NCBI RefSeq assembly: GCF_009834535.1
Contig: NC_045697.1
Span: 79,982,001-80,046,000 of the forward strand
Origin: Camelus ferus
Taxonomy: Eukaryota
Direction of reading: 5' to 3'
DNA: 64,000 nucleotides
Under the pieces are notes generated by a model. It worked only from the letters and a program-made list of their open reading frames with translations. It was not told where the DNA came from and did no database searches. Positions within the stretch are counted from its first letter, which is position 1, and every line of letters begins with the position of its first letter. Positions 1-13,957 of the stretch are shown here, piece by piece. Both the position numbers and the translations under genes were made by a program.

Positions 1-112
1 CCCTTTCCTTCCGCCCATCTTCTGTCCTCTTCACTCAAGTGTTGTTTATCTGAAGAAGCCCCAGAGCCCCACTGGTGCAGGGGAGTAAAACCGCTGTTGC
101 TTTGTTTCGCAG

Positions 113-211
113 TCTGGCCTCACACCAATACATGTGGCTGCCTTCATGGGCCACTTGAACATTGTCCTCCTTCTGCTGCAGAACGGAGCCTCTCCAGATG
201 TCACTAACATT
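113..211 (+). CDS. ANK2: ANK2 exon, 99 nt, phase 0/0: [33 protein letters not shown]
   Basis: tttgtttcgcAG acceptor, GTGAGT donor at 212, 33-codon ankyrin repeat. Confidence 0.97.
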
Positions 212-279
212 GTGAGTATGGCTTGGGTCAGAATAACCACAGGGAGGAAGAGCGAGAGGAAGCGTGCGGGTGTGTGTAG

Positions 280-281
<2 letters not shown>

Positions 282-311
<30 letters not shown>
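282..311. repeat. (GT)n microsatellite
   Basis: About 15 GT units, 70 nt downstream of an exon donor. Confidence 0.95.
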
Positions 312-312
<1 letters not shown>

Positions 313-1616
313 TGACCAAAGCTCAGCAGCCAAGCTTTGAGAAGAGCCCCCATGATAACATATTATTGAAACAGTTGCTAGGACATCGCTGAAAAGACCC
401 TCCCTGGGGTAAGAAATGTTTTAAAAAAATAAAATGGAAGTTGTGGAGTAAGACTGTTCCAGCTTCCTGAAGGTACAGATGAATTGAACATCTGCATGCA
501 TCTTAAATCCACTTATTAAAAAAATACATTTTACAAATGTACTTGAACTTGAATAAATGATTGATTGGAATAAAATCTTTAGGGCTTACTCTACTTGCTT
601 GAGTGAATTGTATTCCAGGTAATTTTAGTTAAAATATTAAGTCAGTGATATCAAATGATTAACCAGAGATATATCAAAATTAGGAGATTTTTTTTTAACT
701 TAATATCAAATTCTCCCTCCTTCAATTACGTGGATTTGCCACACTTTAACTTTACTTTGATTTTTCTTTTTGATTTGATTTTGTTTGCCACAAGGTTATG
801 CCTTGCAACTTTTTCATGTATCCTGAAATCCATGTTGGTCTCCAGACAAGTTTTGTACTGCCAATAAATATTAGATATTCCAGAATTCTTCTACTTAATC
901 TAAATTAGGATTTTTTCCTTCTTGTTTCTTTGTATTTCTCTCATTTTCTTGGAGGGTGCCCATTTAAATCTTGATAATTGAACACAAATTTTCTCCTGAG
1001 CAAGAGAATTTGCTCTGCACAAGATGCAATCATGTATTTGAAGCTCACCAGGACCCACTGGAAGATTGAGATTTTTTAAAATTATTTAGCAGAAATAACT
1101 CTCCCTAAATAAATGTTAGTGCTCATTAAAATGAATCATATTTCCAAATGCAGTTGATTTAGTATTGCTAATTTTTGGTATCCCATTCCATTTGAGTTGT
1201 GAAACGGAATGTTCAGTTTCATTTTTGATTCGTATTCCCTCTCACTCTGTCATTCCTTGTATCTTACAGTTTCTGTGCTGACTTTTCTGATCCGTGGAAA
1301 AAAATCCATGTGAAATTATTTGATTTTAAATATGATTTAATACTCTCTCTTCATAGTACTTACAGAGTATAACACCATTAAAGAATTGAAGTGTAGTCTA
1401 TGTGTGTTCCCCAAATTGCAGCTTATTGATCCTAAAGTAATAATATTATGTGCTAATTTTAACTACTCTATTAAGGATAAGAGGAATTTCACAACATTCC
1501 AGTTTGAGTTTAACTTGTAGTCACTTCTTCAAACTTCAAAAGAAATCAGTGGCATCCTTTTTCTGTTCAGAGATGTTCCCTTTTTTTAAATTGAGATCTA
1601 CACTTTTAAAAAAAAA

Positions 1617-1732
1617 TTTTCAGGGGTAATTAGGTTTATTTATTTACTTATTTTAATGAAGGTACTGGGGATTGAACCCAGGACCTTGTACATGCTAGGC
1701 AAGCACTCTACCACTGAGCTATACCTTCCCCC
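1617..1732 (-). mobile_element. tRNA-derived SINE (camelid Vic-1-like)
   Basis: Reverse complement reads GGGGAAGGTATAGCTCAGTGGTAGAG...GGTCCTGGGTTCAATCCCCAGTACC (A and B boxes), then an A-rich linker and AAACCTAATTACC tail. Confidence 0.85.
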
Positions 1733-2401
1733 TAAACCAGTACCTTTTGAAGGAAGTTCTCTGAATACTTTCCCACTGTACTGTATTTTGCTTCTTTGCA
1801 TTCCAATGCCTACAGAATCATAGAAGCAATGGTGGTACTATGTTTAATTGTGTTATCATGTTATAATAATCACATAGACGAGTCTATTCTATGCAATGCT
1901 CAATTGAAATCCCCTGTGTTAATCTTTCAGAGGGGAGATTTTTGCAAAATCATCAAAGAAAGTGCACATAAAATGTTTGTGTGATTCTGTGGCACTCTTA
2001 CTTTGCTTCTTAACTGACTAATTCCAGATTATCTGATGATGATGGATTTGTTCCATATTGATATGTTCTTCTTCACAAAAAAAGCTATATAGGTTACATA
2101 TAGATCTTCAAATAAAAATAAACAAAACATTAATTATAACAATCAAAATGCTGACATCCTTTACGTTCTTAAATACTCCCAGATTTGGCAATTTCTGTGT
2201 TAAACCTTAACTTCCAGCTGTTGGTCATTTTAAAGTTTTTCATTTTGTTTATCTTCTCATTTGTCCATTACATACTCCTTCACTTCATCCCCCTCAAAAC
2301 AATTACTTGAGAGGCACCTCTCCTCAATGTGTTTCCTACTTAGTTTTTGTTTGTTCATTTTAATTTTTGTATGATGTGTCCTTCAGGGAGCAGATACCGT
2401 A

Positions 2402-2597
2402 TAGAGTTGCCAGATAAAATGCAAGATTCCCAGTTAAATCTGAATTTAAGATAAACAATGAATAATTGTTTTTAGTATAAGTATGTCCCATGCAATAGTT
2501 GAGACACACTTATAGTAAAATAATTATTCTTTGTTTCTCTGCAATTCAAATTTAACTGGCCATCCTGTATTTTTATTTGTTAAATCTGGCAACCCTA
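2402..2597. mobile_element. MER53-like palindromic hAT MITE
   Basis: TIRs TAGAGTTGCCAGAT / ATCTGGCAACCCTA; about 195 bp with internal inverted symmetry. Confidence 0.85.
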
Positions 2598-5431
2598 AAT
2601 TTAGAGGAATTTAACTTTCTTTAGCAGCGGGATGCCTGTGATTGGTGTATTCTCAGAATGTGAGGATACAGCTATTGGATCCAAAACTCTTTGCAGGTTG
2701 ATTAAGGAGCCGTGTGAATGCTGACTGCCTGCTTGCTGTGTCAGAGTTGGTCATTTCCTGATCCCGAAGTCCCCAACCCTTGGAGCCTTTGCGTGTTGCC
2801 TGAAACCATGTTGCATTTTTGAATGCAATGCTATCTGTTGTGCTTTGATGCTTTCCAACTGATGCAGCCAAAGTGGAAGTCACTGTAGCTGTGGGCAGAG
2901 TTGGTTTTAACAACTGGGAAGAGTGGCATGAAATTTAGTACCTGCTTTGGACGTGAGCATACCCATTCTCTTGCCAGTCTTGTTTTTGTCTCAAAACTCA
3001 CTCCAGGTATGAAGCGTACCAGTACCTCAGTCATGTGCAGTTATTATTACCACAAAGTGCCCTTTCCAGAAAGCTCACAAATGCACTTTAAAACCTAGAA
3101 AGCTGAACTGCCAGTTGTAATACATCCATAATCCAAAGTATTCACTGACAACCATGGGAGTAGCTAACCAAGCACTTTTGGGGCTGTTCAGAGTGCAGTG
3201 TGGGGGACTACCACATTTTTCTCTTCTTACAGCAAATCAGTGGATTCATGGCTCAGTTCACACTACATGTTATGTTTAAGAATTTCTCCTAATCCTTAAA
3301 GTTAATTAGCTTCAGATAAGGAAAACACGGGTATTGAATAAGATGAGGTGCCCAATAACCAAGAAATGAAAGTAATTGATTAAAATAATACACACCCTCT
3401 TTCATTTTCTTATTTATACTTATGTATAAATGTGGGTAATATAACTTTAAAAGGGTGAGGGCGATTTACAATAAAAGTCAATTACACAAAAGTCATTAAA
3501 TAAGAATTGAACAAGACTGTTGTTTTAAAATGGAGAGACCATTTGCATGTATATATGTATAACTTTTCTTTGAATATTACGTTTAGTACTTTAGGTTTTA
3601 TATCCAACTCATAAATTTCAAATGTGTAAACACCATAAAAATAACTTAAGTGTAAGTTAAGAGTATGGGAAATATTAAGACTGGTATTGGAAATTATTTT
3701 ACATTTTGAAACCTCTTATTAATAAAGCTTGGCTTGTAAAGTAAACATATAAATTCATCATTGAGTAGGTACTCCTGAGACCTCTGACTTTAACGTCTTA
3801 TAAGGAAACATTTTTGTCTTCATTTCTACCAAAATTAGTAAAATTGCTGTACTATTATGGCTTAGAAATGGAATAAAAATTTGAGAGTTTTTGTTTTTGT
3901 TTTTTAATAGAAGATTGGGCTTCATCTATTTAGAGACAGGTTTTAAGTGATACAGAAAAGTTAGAGATCATGGTTGTCTGAAGAGGAAAAATTTTGCCAT
4001 CCATCCAAAGTCTGAAAACAGATACTGCTGTTCCGATGTTATTTTATGTAGTAACATACTCCAGATACGTTTACTTTACAAAAGTCAAAAGACATCATCA
4101 GAAAATAAGGCCACTAGAGAATAACTGAATCATCAACGAAAAGGAGAAAAGGAGAAAAGGAGAATAGATGTCCAGCTTAGTGCTTTCCATGTCAGATCAT
4201 TGGGAATGAATTTCTCATAATTTCATAAGAAATGGATCTTTGAATACTAGCAAAAAGTGAACTGTGAGCCAGGCACCAAACTGAAGTTTGTCTTAAATCT
4301 TTTAGGTTTAAGGGTTTATTGTGCAAGGAATCAGAAGGAATTACTCACTTGAAATTTGTCACATGTTATCCAATTACCACACCCAACACTGAGATCAACT
4401 GAGTTTATTTGGAGTAGTTTGCTTTTCCTGGTTGAAATCAAACTTACTTTCTAGCATAGTGGTGACTAAACTAACTTTTATTCCAGTGTCTTATTCTTTG
4501 GTAACTGTAAAATTGTTTGAAAAAATGAACCCCTGACTTCTGCAGAATTATATGTAGTTTTAAAATGTGTTGATTAAAAAAAAATTCTCTCTCTTAGAGG
4601 CAGTTATTAACAGGCTTCCCAGGGAGAAAGTTCTCTTACGTCTAACCATCATCCTTCATGCTGCAGGTTAAGCTACCTTTCCCTGATAAGAGTGTCTTCC
4701 TTGATGCAGCACAAACACACTTGAGGAAGGACCTGATGCTCATTGCTGCCCATCTCAACAGATGGCACTGTTAACTTGCTTCACTCATCTCTCAAATAAC
4801 TGTCTGTAATTAAATATGCTCATCAGTAATAAGTAGAGGACCTCCGGGGCAAATCGGATTTCTCATATGGACAGCCTTTATCTAGTCTCATAACACAAAG
4901 ACAAATCCAATGTAAAGTAATAGTTTGTTTCCAGAGCAAATTTTGAATTCTGAAAAAGAATGGCTTATGTGTGGTACAAATGATGTGATTTTTTTTTTTT
5001 TTTTTGCACTGTGTTGACTTGCTCTTCAGTACCTAGAGTTTCTCATGAAAACGAGATCAAGTTGTAATCACATAGTCAAGATTTTAGGTTTGAAGGATGA
5101 AAGGTAGCTTTATATTACCAAAAGTAATTTAGGTTATGCCATACTGATTGTGAAATTAAACCTCAGGGTATCCTGAATGTTTGGTAAGTTCTCTGGTTTG
5201 TCATGGAGTGTGAAAAAATAAAACAAATAAACATTTTTTTTATCCTTCTGAAGATGGAGAAGATACAAAACTGTTTTTTCCAGGCTAACCAATTATAAAT
5301 AATTATGATTTTTCATAGATTGCTAAAACCTTTGGCTATATTGGTGTCTTTCACAAAAAGACACATTTTTATTCTATGCCATCCAGAGCAGTGGGTTCAC
5401 TTATGATTCAACAATGTTTGTTTCCCGGCAG

Positions 5432-5530
5432 CGTGGGGAGACTGCACTGCACATGGCAGCCCGGGCAGGGCAGGTGGAAGTGGTCCGATGCCTCCTGAGA
5501 AATGGTGCCCTTGTCGATGCCAGAGCCAGG
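5432..5530 (+). CDS. ANK2: ANK2 exon, 99 nt: [33 protein letters not shown]
   Basis: tttcccggcAG acceptor, GTAGGT donor at 5531, ankyrin repeat; not represented in the ORF track. Confidence 0.97.
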
Positions 5531-7716
5531 GTAGGTGCTGGTGTGCGGGGTTCTCTTCTCTTGTGTGCATGAGTTCCATCTTCCGGGGATGGTGCTGTTC
5601 TTCCTCTCTTTATGTGGAAATGCCAAGGACTGTGAAATGCCAAGGACATGTGAAAGCACTGATTCAGTAACAATTTTTTAGGCAAAAAAATAAATGGTGC
5701 AGTAAATATACACAATGGAAAATGCACTTTAATCACAGAAACATTAACATTTGAAAAAATGTAGAATTTTGCATCTAAGAAATTTGGAATTGACTAACAT
5801 TTTAATTTTTTTTTTACTTATGAAAGCACTTCCATGTATATATTCATTTGCCTGAATTTTAACATTTTACCTCTATTTTATAGATACCATACATATTAAT
5901 TTATTTCTTACCACCAAAGCCAATCAAATTTCCATAGACGTTCCTTGCTAGTTACATAAAAACAAATCATATTCAAAGTTTTAATGTTTTTCCTTCATTT
6001 GTTTGACTTTCCTCCTTTTTTATGATGAATTCTACTTTTTTTCTTATTCTGATTTCCATATTTAGACATTCTGCCCTTCCACCATTCCAAAACATAAGAA
6101 TGTTGACCCTAGAGATTGCGTGATTGGATTATCCTGTTTCTAATTCTCCCACAAGTTCATTTTTTTCTTCTTTTAAAGAATTTGCCAGTTGCTTTTTTCA
6201 CCTTCTTTGTTTACTTTAGATATTTTATCAGTATCTTCTACTTCCTTTTCTGTGCTGTTCTTTTGTACTAGAATCTTTGGGATTCTCATGGAATATTTCA
6301 ATACTTTCTCTCCTTCTTCAATATTTGATACACCTAAGCTGGAACTCACTTCAGCTTGAATCTAACTGTTGTGGGTCCATTTTAGAAATAGTATTATATT
6401 GAAATAAAAGCATCTGGCTGGAGTCATACAAATTGTCATTTTTGGCAAGTCATTTCGCTTCCAGGTCTTTATCATTAAAACAGAAGGCTGGACTTAGATA
6501 CCTTGAAACTCCTTTCCAGACTTTCATAACAGTCTCTGACTAGGAGTTTTGTGGCATTTTTCTCACAGACCTCCATACAGAATCCAGTGATGCACAGGCA
6601 GCCTTGATGTTATTCTTGTTTTATAATGAAAGAAAAGTCATATCATCACAGTAATGTCTCTTTTTTTAAAAGTGCAGGTGACATTCTCTATTCGCCAGTC
6701 AAGGGCATAGGATATATTTGCTGGACAGACTGGAGAGCAGGGGCTGGCATGGCCTGAGTCCGCGGGTCGGCCAGCGCGCTTGTCCTCCAGGCCCTGCTCT
6801 CAGGAAGGGCCTTTCGCATCCAGGTCCTCCATGGACATAACCGAGAGGGCCACTGGGGCCTGCCCTTCTGGGAGCTCTCTTGCTTTAGGTACCCATGTTC
6901 TGTTGGCACAATACGGGGCTCTGGCATTTGCTTTAGGGATGGAGCAATCACAGGGCCCCCAGGCTTAAACTTACTTAAAACTTAACTCACCTAAAACTTT
7001 CATTAGCTGCCAGTAGATCTGGTTCCTGGGAATCCTGTTAGCTAGTAACTAATAGCAGAAATCTTATCAAGCATTTGAATCTTGTTCCAGCCGTTGCTAT
7101 TTCTGTCTTTTGGTAAGAGGAGTTGAGGCTCAGCAAGTCTCCCTAATTTTGAAAACTAGTAGTGGTGGTAGGACAGTGCACATCTCTCCCTGGACAAGGA
7201 TGTGTCCCAGTCAGTGATGCTGCATGATGAGGGAATTATTGCCCCTTATATTTGGAAGAGACGTAGGGGTTCGAGCTGCACACATTTTCTTTAGCTCTTC
7301 CCATGAACATTATCTTCTGTGCTTTCCCAGTTCTTTGCCTTGGATTGAATTAGGTTTAGCTTGGGGCTGCAAATTCAACTTTTCCAATTCAACAGGGAAA
7401 CAAGTACCCAAATCTTCAAAGATCTCATAATCTCTGATTACAGGTGGAAAGACTTACCAAATGTGTATGTTCTTCCCTTTTACACTTTCAAATAAGACTG
7501 AACCAAAAGTTGAAGAAAATGGGCAAGACAGCTTATTTTTTAACTTTTGTTTTTCAAAATAAGTACCTTAATGCTCTGTGGTCTAAGAACCAAGAGACAC
7601 TAGTTGATAATTTAACCAGTTACTTGGCCATCACCAGTCAAGGATTACCACTTCTCAGCTATGGGTTAAAGGGTCACCAATGCCCCAACTCTCCCTCTTG
7701 CTCACTGAAAACACAT

Positions 7717-8297
7717 TTTATTTTTTTTATTTATTTTTTATTGAAGTATAGTTGATTTACAATGTTGTGTTAGTTTCTGGTGTACAGCATAGTGATTCAG
7801 TTATACATACATATTTTCTTTTTCATATTCTTTTTCATTGTAGGTTATTACAAGATACTGAATGTAGTTCCCTGTGCTATACAGTATCTGCTAACCCCAA
7901 ACTCCTAATTTATCCCTTCTCCCCTCTTTCCCTTTTGGTAACCATAAATTTGTTTTCTATGTCTGTGAGTCTGTTTCTGTTTTGTAAATAAGTTCATTTG
8001 AATCATTTTTTAGATTCCACATATAAGGGACATGATATTTGCCTTTCACTGTGTGGCTTACTTAACACTTAGTAACTTAGTAATTAACACTTAGTGTTAA
8101 TTTCTAGATCCATCAATGTTGCTGCAAACGGCATTGTTTAATTCTTTTTTATGGCTGATTAGTATTCCCTTGTATATACACCAGAACTTCTTTATCTAGT
8201 CATCTGTCTATGGGCACTTAGGTTACTTCCATGTCTTGGCTATTGTAAATAGTGCTGCTGTGAACATTGGGGTGCATGTATCTTTTCAAATTAGAGT
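7717..8297 (-). mobile_element. 5'-truncated LINE-1 3' end
   Basis: T-rich tail, L1 3'UTR/ORF2-end sequence (gctattgtaaatagtgctgc...gaacattggggtgcatg), TSD TGAAAACACAT at 7706-7716 and 8298-8308. Confidence 0.9.
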
Positions 8298-9939
8298 TGA
8301 AAACACATCTTAGAGTGTGTCAGTTGCAATACCAACCTCAATCAAATTCAGCTGGGCAGAAGTCCAAGAAGGGAAACCCTAAAACAACAGATGTTCATGA
8401 TAGCTATTCTCAAGTTCTTTGGTCTTTTGATGGTTATTGTTTGTTTTACTATCCATTTATTTTTGTAACTGTTAATTCTCTCCATTCCTCTCTTTTCTCC
8501 TGTATATTTCAGAGAAAGTTGTATCTTATAAAGTGTCATCAGTCTCCTTGCCTATTGAGAGTACCCTTGTCCTGTTAGTTTTGTCACTAATATATTGGAT
8601 GTATAGACAAAGATGTGTCTTTAGAATCCAATGCCTGAATTCAAGTCCTGTTTGAATACCTGAGTGACTTTGGACAATCCTGGAGAACTCATTTAATTCC
8701 TCTTAATTTCCTTTCTCTAAAAAAATGGTTGAATAATATATTTTATATCTTCCTTTCAGGTCCATTATAAGGATAGGTTCTGTTATAAGGAAGTTTATAA
8801 AGTGCAAATGTTTCTAAAATTCCAGTTCTGTTACTAAAATAATTATATTGTTACTATATTATTACTATTATTATCTAGTTCTTACCTCCCTGAAATGCAT
8901 ACAGTGCTGTTTCATCTCTTCCTGTAGCTCCGTCTTAAGACTCTTTTCCTTATAATTTTAAGATGCTGGATTTATTTGAACAGCTCTTCCTTACCCTGTT
9001 CTGTCTTCTCCATTCATTCTTAGCCCTGGACACTGGCCTAGCTTTTCCTTCCTCACCTTTGTTATGACATCCCCCTGGGCAGATTATAAAGATATACCTC
9101 TTTTCATCACTAAGGTTACAGACAATTTTCTGTTTACAAGAGGATGGTTTGGCCTGGTTTTCTTAACACTGAAAACATTTTCCTGACCACACACTAGGGT
9201 TGGGTGATTTCTCAAGCCTCCTCAAGCATGTCCTCCCTGCCCCTTATACCAGCTGTCTCCTCCCCCTGTTTTTAAATGAAAAGAATTTGGCAAAGACTCC
9301 ACACTGTTTGCTTCTTGCTGGACTCCCATTTCATCTTTGAAGTCCTGGACGCAAGTCCCAGACTTGTCTGCAACATTTCCTGGAATAACATCTTTTTAAA
9401 TCAAATTACAATATCTTCTTTATCCACAGTCTGTCCCTGCAGGAAATACTAGCAATTTCCACCACTGGATAGCTGAGTGCAGTAAGAACGAAGTCTTCCC
9501 AGCATCCTTGATTCTTCTTCTCTTGATACAGTTCCCAGAGTAAATACTGTCTCTTAGTGAAAGCTTCTGGATGAGAATCTAGGTCTTAGGACTTCTGGAC
9601 TAGACTTCTTTCTTATTCAGCACCATGGGCTAGTTTATATTTAAACATAAGTGAGAACTGAAGCCTTAATGAGCTGAGAGACATTTTGGTATGCCTAGGA
9701 AACAATGAGCAAGTTCATGGAAGTGCATACTCTTAAAAAATCTAAGGAAGATTTTGTGACCAAGCAGGTCATTCTACAAGAAGAGATAAAATTAATTGTG
9801 TTTGGAGCAGCAATGATTTCCTTTTGGGTAGGGTTTCCCGGAGATTCTAAGAAGACATGGTGAAATGTCTGAGTGAGATGTCTTACCAGTGAAGTTTGGT
9901 CTGTCCTGGCACTAACTTCTCACTTGACTTGAGTTGTAG

Positions 9940-10137
9940 GAGGAACAGACGCCTTTGCATATCGCCTCCCGCCTGGGTAAGACAGAAATCGTTCAGCTGC
10001 TTCTACAGCATATGGCTCATCCAGATGCGGCCACTACAAATGGGTACACGCCACTGCACATCTCCGCCAGGGAGGGCCAGGTGGACGTAGCATCCGTCCT
10101 CCTGGAAGCAGGAGCAGCCCACTCCTTAGCTACGAAG
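9940..10137 (+). CDS. ANK2: ANK2 exon, 198 nt (two repeats): [66 protein letters not shown]
   Basis: gttgtAG acceptor, GTAAGG donor at 10138; matches ORF 9955..10161. Confidence 0.97.
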
Positions 10138-11220
10138 GTAAGGGGAATGGCTTCACGCTGACATGGACCAGGAGGAATCCTAGGTCAGGGTCCTCCTTCT
10201 CTATTACACAGAGATCAAGAAGGGTAGAGCCCCTTGAAGCCTCTGACTTACTTCCTTCTCTTTGAATTTTTTAGATTCATTTTCTAAATGACAAAGGGGA
10301 TTGTGAGATTACATACAACATCTTCAGTAATGAGTGCTGGGTTCTATTCTTCTAACTAATGCCAGTGTTGTTTCTAGGGCAACTATCTAGTATTTTAACT
10401 AAGGTGATTTCCACAAAGCAAGGGCTACTTTCTCTTGACTTTCCATTAGAAAATCTGCAATATATTCCCAAGAGGGAAAAGTAAGGTCCCCCAATACATT
10501 GAGCTGGTATTACTAATGAGGAAGAGAAAATTGCATTAGATTGGCAAGACTGTATTTGTTTTAAGAGTTTTAGTACCACCTAGAAGTTCACTTTACTTAA
10601 TCTTTGGTTTTCCCAACCCTGGTATCAGCGATCACACCCTTTCTGCTCTCTAAACTTTACTAGCTACACAGCATCTAAACTACTGGGCTGGAGAATCACA
10701 CTTTATTAGTTGTTTTGTCATCTAATAAAAAATATACGAAGAACATACATCTAACGAAGAACTTTACTTATTTTCAAAGTTTCATGTGAGGGCAGAGTAA
10801 TTTCCCCTCCACTTGACACATCCTATTTGTGATCCACTATTTGGATATGACTTAGAATAAAACATGAGCACATCTACTTAGAGCATAAGAAATTGGGCTG
10901 GTGCAGAAGAGCAGGAGGGTGAGACCCATTACAGCCGACAGCAAGCGAATTGTTCTCAGGACAAAATAATTCCCACAAATACAGCATAAATACAGCATCT
11001 GAGGGAGAAGGAAGTTTGCAGGTGTAAACTGAAGGATGGCAATGACATCTGTCCTAGTGGTGGGAGCAGTCTGCTAACCGTTATGACTTACCTAGTTGCC
11101 TATGGCTGTAAAATATGTTTGGTGTAAGAAATTGGTAATTATTCAAATGCTGAAATCTGAAGGGCTGAAAGGATTTTTTTAAGTCTTAAAAAAAATATCA
11201 GAAACGGAACAACAAAAATA

Positions 11221-11467
11221 TAGGTGATCCTTAAACAACAACGAGGGTGTTAGGGGCTCCAACCCTTCACGCAGTTGAAAATTCTCATATAACTTACAGT
11301 CGGCCCTCATAGCCACACTTCCTTGGGTTCCTCCATTTCCGTGGCTCCACATCCTTGGATTCAACCACTTACAGACTGTGAAGTACTGTAGTATTTATAG
11401 TGGAAACAAAAATCCACATATAAGTGAACCTCCACAGTTCGAACCCGGTTTGTTCCAGGGTCAGCTG
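11221..11467. mobile_element. Tigger2-family MITE (MER8/MER28-like)
   Basis: Degenerate TIRs matching CAGTTGACCCTTGAACAAC / GTTGTTCAAGGGTCAACTG, with TA flanks. Confidence 0.75.
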
Positions 11468-12147
11468 TATAATAGCAATACCAATAATAATAGTAATAAT
11501 TACCGAAGAGAGACCGAGTGATTGTCTCATCAGATGAAGGTGATAAATGAAATTCAGATAAGTCAAATACAGAAATAGAATAAAACATAGTCCCTGGTCT
11601 TCTAGAGATTTTTAGAATTTAAACTATATCTAAAGCAATAGTAAATTAGGACAGAGAAATGGAAGAAACTATTAAAACAGCTCAACAGTGGAACAGACTG
11701 GGGTTCTGAAGAGAAGTTGACTCATCATCGTTAAAGCTGTTAAAGAGTTTATAAATATCAGAGGGTAAATGAAATCCTGATGAGATTAACATAGGCGAGG
11801 AAGGAAGATGTGACTCAAGCGATGCTTTCCAAACTCTATTTTGTGATTCTACAGTAAAGAGTCTGTAGTTTCATCTAATAATAGTTTCTAAATTTACAAA
11901 GGGGCTCGATCACTATTCCAGCAGGACGTTAAGGGTAAGGAGTTTATTTTTTCTTCCTTACCATGTGGTTTGTCTCAAAGAACTCTACCTCATCCTAGGT
12001 GTCACCCCAGTCATTATGTGCATTGATTGGAGGGAGGAGAGCATTAACAACAAATGTTGGCTTAAATGGACTTCCAGTACTTGTTAGACACTTGGGAAAA
12101 GCAGATTTACTCCCCTCCAAGGTCTTATTAGTACCTAATGTTAAGTA

Positions 12148-12235
12148 AGAAAGAAAGAGAGAGAGAGAGAGAGAGGGAGGGAGAGAGGGAAAGAGGGAGG
12201 GAGGGAGGAAGGAAGGAAGGAAGAAAAAAAAGGAA
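12148..12235. repeat. Polypurine (GA)n/(GGAG)n/(GGAA)n compound repeat
   Basis: About 85 nt of uninterrupted purines. Confidence 0.9.
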
Positions 12236-13330
12236 AACATCTTAGCTAAAAATAATTTTGTGTAGTGACACTGTGAAGAAGCAATATTGCTTCTTGAGGG
12301 CTATTCTGGATTCTGATGAGGGATTCAATTGTCTGGAATATAAGTGTATCTTAGACTACTTAACCCAGGCATATTTGCTGTGTGTGTTTTGCAGACCCTG
12401 ATCAGCTTGAGACTCCCACCCCAACTGTAGGGCCAGAAAGGCATGTGGTTAGACTGTCTGGCCAAGAGGATGGATTTGAGATCATGGTGTAGGAACCGTG
12501 CCATCCTTGAGATCTGAATCCAGAGACTTGGCTGTATACGTAACACACTGCTCATAACAGTGACATTAGTTAGGCACACAACACACTGAATCTGTACGTA
12601 TAAACTTGTGTAGGAGATCAGTCTTTAAAAAAGCTTTAAAGCTGTGTCTTTAAAATAGTCTGGTGTTAATCAGCTCAACGTCATGTCAGAACTAGAATGT
12701 ATTTTCCAAGAGGAATGGTCTTATATACAGTGTGGATCTTCTGGGAAAAGTGGTAACAGTCAAGATGAGTCTGCTTGTTAATGATGAACACTTTTTGTTC
12801 TGCTGACCATTTATCTTGCAATTTCTGTAGAAAATGCAGATCAGCTTAATTACAAAGAATTGATTTTTCTTCTCATGGATGCTGAAATTCTCTAAACCTT
12901 AAAGAAATTTGGAATTCAAGTATTATTAAAAATAAAAAAATAGAAAAAAGAAGAATTGGACAGAAGTCAGATATTGTCACAATCCTATTATTTTTAGAGG
13001 CAAGAAAAAGGTTTTTTTTAAACTCACAAATCAGAGCCATTTTACTCACACTAGTGGCTGTTATAAATTCCACAAACCTATGAAGTCAAATTTCAGTCTC
13101 CAAAGCCCTCAAAATAAAACTTCTTTTGCTCAGTCGATCAAGCCAAACTCTTGCATGTTACATTTTATTCTTTATCCTACTCCTTTTTTATGGATAACAG
13201 ATTTAATGCTTCTAGCATTTTTCCCAAATGGGAATCAACAGTTTGCTTAATATGTGAACAAATAAAAAAGATTTTGTTTGGAGTCACAAGGATAAATACT
13301 GCGTTTTACTTTTGTTCTTCACGTTTGCAG

Positions 13331-13429
13331 AAGGGTTTTACCCCCCTGCACGTAGCAGCCAAGTACGGAAGCCTGGATGTAGCAAAACTTCTCTTGCAAC
13401 GCCGTGCTGCCGCAGATTCTGCAGGGAAG
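13331..13429 (+). CDS. ANK2: ANK2 exon, 99 nt: [33 protein letters not shown]
   Basis: gtttgcAG acceptor, GTAAAA donor at 13430. Confidence 0.97.
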
Positions 13430-13957
13430 GTAAAAGTTTTCAGTAATATGTTTGTTGTATAACTTGGTCAAGTTGGGAGCTTGGGAGATCTGTTTCAAGA
13501 TATTTTTCTCACTCTTGTGAAAGGAATTTGAATATAACTGATGAAACGGCTTTGAGATAATGGAGGTGTCTGTCCGTAACCTGTCCACGTACTCACTGAT
13601 TCAGAAGGGGTTTAAAGCTGCGCCTCAAACGTGTGTTCTTGTCACAGCAGGGCCCGGAACTTCTCTGTATGAAGAATCCCTGCAGTGTTACTGTAGTAAT
13701 TGTTACATAGCATTTAGACTTTTATTTATGGTGGAATCAAGATGCCCTGTGCTGATTGTATGCTCATCGGATCATTTACAGTTTTAGTTAACGTTTCTAA
13801 TATGAAATTCATTAGGTATCTATTTTGATTTTTTCCTATTGACTACATTAATTAATTAACACGGACTTAATCAATATCAGTTTCCAAGTATCCTGGCAGC
13901 TTCAGGGCAACTAATGCTAATTGATTAATGCTGAAACTTAAAACACACCCTTTACAG

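Noticed and set aside
35..333. His/Thr-rich minus-strand ORFs
   Set aside because: Translation of the (GT)n microsatellite and antisense of the ANK2 exon.
6740..6860. Small GC/CpG-rich patch with overlapping short ORFs
   Set aside because: Too short for a CpG island; no splice signals or recognisable peptide.
8270..8297. Two L1 fragments (7717-8297 and 37983-38612) truncated at nearly the same L1 position
   Set aside because: Different flanks and substantial divergence; short 5'-truncated L1s are common, so this is no evidence of segmental duplication or a distinct element.
9616..9636. REST/RE1-like TTCAGCACCATGGGCTAG
   Set aside because: Only the left half-site matches; the GGACAG right half is broken.
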